Of a DNA stretch of 64,000 nucleotides, positions 30,934 through 38,398 are shown piece after piece; the first letter of the stretch is position 1; each line of letters opens with the position of its first letter. Under the pieces are notes generated by a model, which was not told where the DNA came from, ran no database searches, and was given only the letters and a program-made list of their open reading frames with translations. Source of the stretch: Candidatus Poribacteria bacterium (lineage in GTDB: Bacteria > Poribacteria > WGA-4E > WGA-3G); NCBI GenBank assembly GCA_965214095.1, contig OZ243938.1, forward strand, positions 3,456,001 to 3,520,000. Reading direction: 5' to 3'. A program made the position numbers and the translations under genes.

Positions 30934-31709
30934 ACACGCACACTGACCGAATTAGGAACCGATTGTCGCGATTACTATCCGACATGCAACCGCCTTCAGT
31001 TGCAGATGCACATCCAAAAATCTGTGAGCGGGTGTCGAACGCGCGGGCAGCTTTTTTGCAGGGGGTGCATCATGCACTAAAGGCTTCACCAGAGATGCTT
31101 CCTAAACTTTTACAAGATGAACCGTTCGAAAAACGTGGTTTTGCTCTTGAAGGTGCAGCGATGGCACTTACCTTAATGGATGAATTCAGCCCTGCACCTC
31201 AAAACCAGTTGAATGTATTCCTTAATGGACGATCTATTGAAGAACATATTCTAAGTGCAATTGGGGTTGGATGGGCAAGCGCACGTCTAGGAAAACCTTT
31301 TGACTGGTCACCGACAGCGTTAGACTCAAACTTTATAGCCGCAGTTGTAGATGGATACGGCTTTCACCAAGGATTCTTCCATCCTCAGCGGTTCACATGC
31401 AGGGGATTTCCTATGAGAGAGAGCGAATTAAGCACTTTCTATGATATTGGTCTCGGACGCGCATTGTGGTTTGTTCATGTCGGTCACATTGAAACTATTG
31501 TCCGCACTATTGACAGATTTTTACCGAAACGACGTAAGCAACTTTGGCATGGTGTCGGCACCGCTTGTGCCTTTACAGGTAGCACAGAATATGCCGCGAC
31601 ACAAATGAGGACTGCTGCGTCAAAATTTGAAAATAACTTCCAAGCAGGGGTAGATACCGGCACACAATTGCTGTGTTATCTTTCCCAACAAAAGGAGAAA
31701 ATACTATGA
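30930..31709 (+). CDS. DUF1702 (UnbL-like, enediyne-cassette family) protein
   Basis: GFALEGAAMAL, IGVGWASARL, DGYGFHQGFF, DIGLGRALWF, LWHGVGTACAFTG match my recollection of DUF1702 motifs. Confidence 0.8.
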   Translation: MNTHTDRIRNRLSRLLSDMQPPSVADAHPKICERVSNARAAFLQGVHHALKASPEMLPKLLQDEPFEKRGFALEGAAMALTLMDEFSPAPQNQLNVFLNGRSIEEHILSAIGVGWASARLGKPFDWSPTALDSNFIAAVVDGYGFHQGFFHPQRFTCRGFPMRESELSTFYDIGLGRALWFVHVGHIETIVRTIDRFLPKRRKQLWHGVGTACAFTGSTEYAATQMRTAASKFENNFQAGVDTGTQLLCYLSQQKEKIL

Positions 31710-32782
31710 AACGAAGAGATTTTTTAATTGGCAGTATGGGGGCATTAGCTACAGGTGTTACTGGCTGCGCGGGTATCGGTCAGGTTATTGCTCCAGATTG
31801 GCAAAATATCACACCTTTGCAGATGGATCGTTTTTTGACAAGTCTCGATGGTGCGATGAATCAAATCACAGAGAACCCAGAAGGAGGACGTTTTATTAGT
31901 GAGCTACATCAAAAACCGATCAATGAAAAAGGTGCACGTTTGTTCTGTCAAGGGATGCGCACTCTCTTACTCGCTGGCAATTTCGGTGATCTATCGGTAA
32001 CCGGTCAAGTGCATCCGGGTGTTCAGAAACGACTTCACTATTCTGCACCGGAAATGGATGCAGCTGCCTCTGATGCAACAGATCAGATGAAATCTTTGTC
32101 ACCGACTGCGCGTGCCGATATGCAGACAGCACTGCGTGATGACCCTGCACTTGGAGATCACGTGCTGAAGACGATTGAGCTTGAAGCCGCTGCAGTTGGT
32201 GCCTCTAACCGGCGTCTGATGCAATTGCACGTCATGGGCAAACACATCATTGGACGTTTGAAACATTCATCTGAAATGTTAATTAATGAATACGTAACAA
32301 AATATGAAAAACTTACCGCTATACCGGGTTCCGCTGCTGAAACACAGCGATTTATGGCAACACGTATGGGTGAAGCAGCTTTTAAAGCACGAGTCCGAGA
32401 AGCAGAAAATGCTGCACGGTATTGGCAAAAACAGGACCTTGAAGACGTTCCTATTGGTTATCAACTGGTGGCACAAGAAAGCACAAACAGTGAAAATGAA
32501 TCAGCCAATCGTGATCAGAGACAAACTCAACCACAGCAGGCACTGACTAAAGAAGAGATCATAGCGAAAGCTCAAAGTGATCTAAGTGGAGACTGGTTCA
32601 GAACAGGCTTATTCACACTTGGATTCGGGGTCATAACCACTGCAGTCGGTTCGATTATGATATCATCAGGTAATAACGTAAACGACAGCGGGGTTGTATT
32701 TGGATTGGTCCTGGGAGCGACCGTCGGACCCGCAGCTATCTTTGCTGGTCTCATTACCCTCATTATAGGTATTGGAAAATAG
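31706..32782 (+). CDS. Tat-exported lipoprotein, copy A, with C-terminal two-TM hairpin
   Basis: AGGAG RBS; ATGA overlap with DUF1702; KRRDFL twin-Arg motif; lipobox VTGC; Gly-rich hydrophobic C-terminus. Confidence 0.8.
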   Translation: MKRRDFLIGSMGALATGVTGCAGIGQVIAPDWQNITPLQMDRFLTSLDGAMNQITENPEGGRFISELHQKPINEKGARLFCQGMRTLLLAGNFGDLSVTGQVHPGVQKRLHYSAPEMDAAASDATDQMKSLSPTARADMQTALRDDPALGDHVLKTIELEAAAVGASNRRLMQLHVMGKHIIGRLKHSSEMLINEYVTKYEKLTAIPGSAAETQRFMATRMGEAAFKARVREAENAARYWQKQDLEDVPIGYQLVAQESTNSENESANRDQRQTQPQQALTKEEIIAKAQSDLSGDWFRTGLFTLGFGVITTAVGSIMISSGNNVNDSGVVFGLVLGATVGPAAIFAGLITLIIGIGK

Positions 32783-32897
32783 ATACCATGTATGGGATGA
32801 TTCTAAGACAGCACGTAGTCCACATACATGGGTCTACGCTAAACTTTGATATGAGTTTTATAAGACACGTATCACTCACCGTGAAAAGGAGAATAAA

Positions 32898-33275
32898 ATG
32901 AATATAGGTCGTATCTTTCACATTTTAGTATTTGTTATGGCGGTGTTAGTCTTTAGTATGTCTATTGCTGCCTTTGCACAACAAAATTCAGAACTATTCG
33001 AAGCCGTAAGTGCCGCCGAACAAGATGCCAAAGCGGAGGTCAATCAAATTAACTGGTGGTTATCGGGTTGTTGTCTGTACGGTATCAGTCAGGCTGGTAG
33101 GGAATCTCACCCGCCTCCAGGAAGACTTGTTGGGAAGTCTCCAGAATATGTTAATGTCTATACACTAACTTACAAAGCAAAAGTCGAGAATCTTAGACTA
33201 AGTGCTGCTGTTCCGGGTTTTCTTACTATTGTTCTATCCCCCATTTGCTTTGTTCTGACCATCTCGCTACTATAA
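32898..33275 (+). CDS. Small membrane/secreted hypothetical protein
   Basis: AGGAG RBS, signal peptide (AAFA-Q), WWLSGCC, PPGRLVGKSPEY, C-terminal hydrophobic segment. Confidence 0.75.
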   Translation: MNIGRIFHILVFVMAVLVFSMSIAAFAQQNSELFEAVSAAEQDAKAEVNQINWWLSGCCLYGISQAGRESHPPPGRLVGKSPEYVNVYTLTYKAKVENLRLSAAVPGFLTIVLSPICFVLTISLL

Positions 33276-33311
33276 CATTCTGGGATGCTATAGAACAAGG
33301 TAACTAATAGA

Positions 33312-33431
33312 GAATATGCAGCGGCACAGATGGGTAAAGCCTCCGCAAAGTTGGTGCCTGATTTCTGGACAGGATTAGAAACTGGTAAGCAATTGCTACA
33401 TAATTTCGCTAAACAAAGGGAGAAAATATAA
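33312..33431 (+). pseudogene. 3' remnant of a second DUF1702 gene
   Basis: EYAAAQMGKASAKLVPDFWTGLETGKQLLHNFAKQREKI* versus EYAATQMRTAASKFENNFQAGVDTGTQLLCYLSQQKEKIL*; stop overlaps the ATG of copy B. Confidence 0.8.
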
Positions 33432-34534
33432 TGAAGAGAAGAGATTTTTTAATTGGCAGTATGGGGGCATTAGCTACAGGTGTTACTGGCTGTGCGGGTA
33501 TCGGTCAGGTTATTGCTCCAGATTGGCAAAATATCACACCTTTGCAGATGGATCGTTTTTTGACAAGTCTCGATGGTGCGATGAATCAAATCACAGAGAA
33601 CCCAGAAGGAGGACGTTTTATTAGTGAACTACATCAAAAACCGTTCAATGAAAAAGGCGCACGTTTGCTCCGTCAAGGGATGCGCACTCTCTTGCTCGCT
33701 GGCAATTTCGGTGATCTATCGGTAACCGGGCAAGTGCATCCGGGTGTTCAGAAACGACTTCACTATTCTGCACCGGAAATGGATGCAGCAGCCTCGGACG
33801 CAACAGATCAGATGAAATCTTTGTCACCGACTGCGCGTACCGATATGCAGACAGCACTGCGTGATGACCCTGCACTTGGAGATCGCGTGCTGAAGACGAT
33901 TGAGCTTGAAGCCGCTGCAGTTGGTGCCTCTAACCGGCGTCTGATGCAATTGCACGTCATGGGAAAACATATCATTGGGCGATTGAAACATTCATCTGAA
34001 ATGTTTATTAATGAATACGTAACGAAATATGAAAAACTTACTGCTGTATCGGGTTCCGCTGCTGAAACACAGCGATTTATGGCAACACGTATGGGTGAAG
34101 CAGCTTTTAAAGCACGAGTCCGAGAAGCAGAAAATGCTGCACGGTATTGGCACAGCCAGGAACTTGAAGACATTCCTATTGGCTATCGACTCGTCGCACA
34201 AGAAGGCACAAACAGCGAAAGTCCGTCAGATAACTCTGAACAGGAACAACGACATCAACCGCTGCAACTACCGCAAGATATAGGCAAAACAGGCAAAGAG
34301 GTAAAAAGTGGTGAGAAGAGAAGTGAAAGACTGCGCCGAAGAGGTGCTTATTTACTTGGAATCGGTGCTGTAACCACCGCGGCTGGCTGGCTATATATCG
34401 GTGTTAGTGGAGATTCAGTAGAGGCTGTCACAATCGGATTGATCCTGGGAGTGACTGCCGGACCCATTCTCCTCTTAACAGGTCTCTTTACCCTCCTTGT
34501 TGGAGGAATCATAAGAGCAAATGAAGGCCCATGA
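33431..34534 (+). CDS. Tat-exported lipoprotein, copy B
   Basis: Near-identical to copy A over the first roughly 240 aa; different linker and two-TM C-terminus. Confidence 0.85.
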   Translation: MKRRDFLIGSMGALATGVTGCAGIGQVIAPDWQNITPLQMDRFLTSLDGAMNQITENPEGGRFISELHQKPFNEKGARLLRQGMRTLLLAGNFGDLSVTGQVHPGVQKRLHYSAPEMDAAASDATDQMKSLSPTARTDMQTALRDDPALGDRVLKTIELEAAAVGASNRRLMQLHVMGKHIIGRLKHSSEMFINEYVTKYEKLTAVSGSAAETQRFMATRMGEAAFKARVREAENAARYWHSQELEDIPIGYRLVAQEGTNSESPSDNSEQEQRHQPLQLPQDIGKTGKEVKSGEKRSERLRRRGAYLLGIGAVTTAAGWLYIGVSGDSVEAVTIGLILGVTAGPILLLTGLFTLLVGGIIRANEGP

Positions 34535-36459
34535 AAGTCTTAGCCACTGGTCTCGGGGCATGTTGTGCCTTGGGCGAAAACACTAAAACACTTTGGCATG
34601 CTATAGAACAAGGGAAAAGCGGTATTGCACCCATCAATCGCTTTAATACTGATTCATTTCATACGCAACTTGGAGGGATGGTGCCTTCTGGCAATTGCTA
34701 CGATACCGAAGACCAACGTCTGTTGGCTTACGGGCGCGCTGCAGCTGCTGAGGCTCTCCAACATGCCAAAATTGTCAATCGTGATCGAGTTGCCCTGGTA
34801 CTTGGGACCTGTAACGGGTTACAAGAGAGTGAAATAGAGACTGTGAGCGTTGATCTCAAAAATGCCTTGGGTCTCGGTGGACCGGTGCTCACCTTTTCAA
34901 CGGCGTGTGCATCCTCAACACACGCAATAGGATTCGCTGCGGATCTCGTGCGACGTGGCGTTGCTGAATTCGTTCTCGCGGGTGGTGTTGATACACTCAG
35001 CATAGAGGTCTTTGCTGGTTTTCACTGTCTCGGATTGCTATCTAAAAACCCTTGTGCACCCTTCAGCACAAATACAGGAACTACCCTCGGTGAAGGGGCT
35101 GCGTTTATGATACTTGAATCTGAACGTTCCGCGAAGGCACGGAAGATCGCGCCTTTGGCAACGTTCATGGGCTACGGATTGTCTGCTGATGCCTACCATG
35201 ATACAACCCCTATCCCTTCTGGTGCCGGCATGGCACAGGCACTTTCTGCTGCCGTAACGGATGCTGGACTTACCCCTAATTCTATTGACTATCTTAACGC
35301 TCATGGCACAGGCACGGTCGCGAACGATACAGCTGAATGGCGCGCAATTCAACTTGCATTCGGTGATGTCGCAGACCAACTACCTGTCAGTTCAAGCAAA
35401 AGTTTCCTCGGTCATGCTCAAGGGGCTGCTGGCGCACTTGAGGCAGTGGTGACTTTGATGGCGATGCAACACAAAGTTGTACCACCCACTATCAATTTCA
35501 CAAAACCTCGCCCTAATGTCCCCACGGATCCAGTTACCGAACAAAAACCCAGGCCTCATCCAATACAGCATGCAGTCTGTACAAACGCAGCGTTTGGCGG
35601 ATTTAACGCTGCATTGATCTTCGGCCAAACAGAGAATCCACAGCAGATCCGGAGAGAAGAACCCCGGCTCATTCGTCTTATTGGCACAGGCAAGGTGGAA
35701 GATTGCCATAAAATAAAACAATTCGCACCGAGTTCTGAGCTACGAACCATAGATAAGTCTGCACGTCTTCTCGCCAGTGCGGTTGCTGTCGCTCTGACAA
35801 ACGCTGGGATCCAACTACGCACACCTGACTGCAAAAGCATTGGTCTTTTCGTCGGCCAAACCAGAATCTCTCAAGAGAGCGTTGAAGCATTTTCAGAAAG
35901 TGTAGCGGCACGCGGCTTGGCATCCTTCTCAGCAACCGCATTCACACGAATGGCTTGCAGCTACGCCACAGGTGTTAGTTGCAGACTTTTCGGACTAAAA
36001 GGACCAACTGCAACACTGTCAACAGGACCAAGCAGTGGACTTACGGCTCTCGTGACCGGTGCAGACCACCTTGCTTGGCGTGATGATGTTAATTCTCTAC
36101 TGACCGCAGCAGTAGATGAACCAAATAAGTTAGATGATTATGATTACGGAGCCGCCAGCGTTCTTCTCACAGTTGGAGAGGAACCGGCTTCTATTAACCT
36201 TATTGGATGGGCACTCGCAACGGATTGCGAAGAAGCTATCGTACAAGCACTGGCTAAGGCATCCCTTAATCGCAAGGACGTTGTGCCGATGGTCGTTCCG
36301 GGACCACCTACCGTCGCAGACCTTTGGGCAGTCATCGATGCTATTGATGCCTTAAAATCGGGCGAACCAGGCCCCTTCCTTATCAGCAGCAAAGATGACG
36401 GAACCGCAGGAGCAGCTGTTATCCTGCAAAATGGGAGTAAAGAATGCAATCAAATTTGA
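34531..36459 (+). CDS. Beta-ketoacyl-ACP synthase (FabF-type) fused to a CLF-like inactive KS domain
   Basis: TACASS, NAHGTGT and KSFLGH give an intact Cys-His-His triad; second domain LKGPTATLSTGPSSGLTAL lacks the Cys. Confidence 0.9.
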   Translation: MKVLATGLGACCALGENTKTLWHAIEQGKSGIAPINRFNTDSFHTQLGGMVPSGNCYDTEDQRLLAYGRAAAAEALQHAKIVNRDRVALVLGTCNGLQESEIETVSVDLKNALGLGGPVLTFSTACASSTHAIGFAADLVRRGVAEFVLAGGVDTLSIEVFAGFHCLGLLSKNPCAPFSTNTGTTLGEGAAFMILESERSAKARKIAPLATFMGYGLSADAYHDTTPIPSGAGMAQALSAAVTDAGLTPNSIDYLNAHGTGTVANDTAEWRAIQLAFGDVADQLPVSSSKSFLGHAQGAAGALEAVVTLMAMQHKVVPPTINFTKPRPNVPTDPVTEQKPRPHPIQHAVCTNAAFGGFNAALIFGQTENPQQIRREEPRLIRLIGTGKVEDCHKIKQFAPSSELRTIDKSARLLASAVAVALTNAGIQLRTPDCKSIGLFVGQTRISQESVEAFSESVAARGLASFSATAFTRMACSYATGVSCRLFGLKGPTATLSTGPSSGLTALVTGADHLAWRDDVNSLLTAAVDEPNKLDDYDYGAASVLLTVGEEPASINLIGWALATDCEEAIVQALAKASLNRKDVVPMVVPGPPTVADLWAVIDAIDALKSGEPGPFLISSKDDGTAGAAVILQNGSKECNQI

Positions 36460-36734
36460 AAGAAAAAATTCAACAACGTGAAAACACCTTCAATCGGGTG
36501 ATTGAAATGTTAATCTCCTCTCTGCAACTTGAGTATACTCCTGACGAACTGGATGCGGATACACCCCTTTTCGGAACAGGGCTCGGACTTGACTCTGTAG
36601 ATGCAGTCGAGGTCATTATAACATTGGAGGCAGAATTCGGAATTTCACTGGATGAAGGTGATAGCATATTCGTTTTACGAACAATTAATTCACTCGTGGA
36701 TGTGGTAATGAGTCGAAAGGAGAATATACAATGA
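36444..36734 (+). CDS. Acyl carrier protein
   Basis: DTPLFGTGLGLDSVDAVE phosphopantetheine motif, EAEFGI; acidic, 96 aa. Confidence 0.92.
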   Translation: MQSNLKEKIQQRENTFNRVIEMLISSLQLEYTPDELDADTPLFGTGLGLDSVDAVEVIITLEAEFGISLDEGDSIFVLRTINSLVDVVMSRKENIQ

Positions 36735-37759
36735 CAGAAACTGAAGTCGGCTATCATGCCATTCGTAACTCGGTGGCATTTGCTGAAGAACCTGAACTGC
36801 GTTGCCTGCAGTTGACTGGCAGCCAAGCCTTTGAGGCACTTGATTACGTGTGCCCATGTGATATCTTTCTTCAAGATGGGCAGATGCGACATACACTGTT
36901 GCTAAATGAAAATGGAACCCCTTTTGCCGATGTCTATGTTTGCCGTGAAGCTGAAAATGCTTATCTGGTTGGATATGGATCCAATGTTGATGAGATTATA
37001 GACTGGATTACCGATCACGCAACCGGTATTACTGATTTTTTTATCACCGATCTCGGCGAGTCACATGCTAACTTAGCATTTGATGGTCCTTATGCATGGG
37101 AACTATGTGCCGAAGTATTTGGCACCAATGTCCTCGGCTTACCCTATTTGGGGATGTTGCTCTTGGATGATATATTTATCTTTAGGGCAGGAAGAACAGG
37201 TGAATATGGGTATCACCTATTAGTGCCGATTGATCAGAAAAACACTTGGATCGAAAAAGTGTTAACTACTGGTGCAGCATTTGAGATGGCACGCGCAGAT
37301 GAAGCAGCCCGAGCCCAATGTGTATTGGAAAATTTCTTCTTTGATATCAATAGAGAAGGTCAGTATAATCTTACACCTTTGGAATTGCAGCTGCAATGGC
37401 GATTGTCCAAGCAGAAAGACACATACCCCGGTGCTCAAGCGATACAGGCACTTCGACAGACTGGATTGACGCATAGACTCACCTGTTTCACAACACCGGA
37501 CGCTGTTAACACTAACTCAGAGATTACCTATGATGGTGAAATTGTAGGACAGGTATTAGCATCAGGATATTCTCCGATGCACAAGATTTATGTCGGGAAG
37601 GCATTACTTCGCAAACCATATTGGCATGCTGGATTAGATGGTTTTCGCGCTGAAGACTCTCACATAAAGACTATCTCGGCTCCAGCAGTCAACAATCTTA
37701 GTTTAAATGTCAGTCCTTACCATCACAGTTTTCACACACGAAAAGAGGAGTTGACCTGA
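36731..37759 (+). CDS. GcvT/aminomethyltransferase folate-binding family protein
   Basis: GYHAIRNSVA, LTGSQAFEALD, HTLLLNENGTPFAD, DGPYAW, RAGRTGEYGY, TPLELQLQW, VGQV..GYSP. Confidence 0.85.
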   Translation: MTETEVGYHAIRNSVAFAEEPELRCLQLTGSQAFEALDYVCPCDIFLQDGQMRHTLLLNENGTPFADVYVCREAENAYLVGYGSNVDEIIDWITDHATGITDFFITDLGESHANLAFDGPYAWELCAEVFGTNVLGLPYLGMLLLDDIFIFRAGRTGEYGYHLLVPIDQKNTWIEKVLTTGAAFEMARADEAARAQCVLENFFFDINREGQYNLTPLELQLQWRLSKQKDTYPGAQAIQALRQTGLTHRLTCFTTPDAVNTNSEITYDGEIVGQVLASGYSPMHKIYVGKALLRKPYWHAGLDGFRAEDSHIKTISAPAVNNLSLNVSPYHHSFHTRKEELT

Positions 37760-37857
37760 TGCGTTGGGAGACATGGCACAACGAATGGAGAGATGGCTTG
37801 CTAAAACTGCCATACAAAAAGAATGGCGTAAGGTTCACCTCCTATGAAAGATGGTAA
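37759..37857 (+). other. Small ORF (32 aa, Trp-rich) or scar of an internally deleted gene
   Basis: GAGGAG RBS and TGATG overlap give MRWETWHNEWRDGLLKLPYKKNGVRFTSYERW*; another frame ends QRMERWLAKTAIQKEWRKVHLL* with ATGA overlap on the next gene. Confidence 0.5.
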
Positions 37858-38398
37858 AAAGTTCCTTATCGGTGCTGATGTCATAGAACATCTAATACCT
37901 GAGCGACATCCAATGATTATGGTCGATCGGGTAATTGATTATCAAAGTTCGCCGCGACCACAACTATCTGCTGAACGGTATGTGTCGGCTAATGAACCAG
38001 TATTTGTCGGACATTTTCCTAATTTGAAATTGTGGCCCGGTGTTCACACTATTGAAGGACTCCGGCAATGCTGTGTCCTCCTTGATGTTATTCGCCAGTT
38101 GGAAAAAGTAGAGATGCTTGAAGGACTCCTTGAGCTTCAAAGGTACCACATGCTACAACCTCAAGTGGACAAAACCCTGTGTCAACGGGTGCTTGATGCC
38201 TTACAAAAGATATGTCAACTTGAGCAATCTCCGCTTAGATTACGCGTAAAACTACTCGCTCCTGTTTTCGCGGGATGTATTATTACGTATCAAGTCTATC
38301 AGAATAACTCGGATACCTACTGTTGGTCGGTGCAAGCTGAAGTCAATGGACAAAGTGTCGCGAAAGGAGAGATTATATGTCCATCTTCCGTTGGATAA
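37844..38398 (+). CDS. FabZ-like 3-hydroxyacyl-ACP dehydratase with catalytic His/Glu
   Basis: LIPERHPMIMVDRV, EPVFVGHFP, WPGVHTIEGLRQ, LAPVFAG. Confidence 0.85.
   Translation: MKDGKKFLIGADVIEHLIPERHPMIMVDRVIDYQSSPRPQLSAERYVSANEPVFVGHFPNLKLWPGVHTIEGLRQCCVLLDVIRQLEKVEMLEGLLELQRYHMLQPQVDKTLCQRVLDALQKICQLEQSPLRLRVKLLAPVFAGCIITYQVYQNNSDTYCWSVQAEVNGQSVAKGEIICPSSVG

Noticed and set aside
31706-34534. Proteusin/NHLP-type RiPP precursors or DGR template-target pair
   Set aside because: No nitrile-hydratase or Nif11 leader, double-Gly site, radical SAM enzyme or reverse transcriptase; differences are not adenine-specific. Tat plus lipobox fits lipoproteins.
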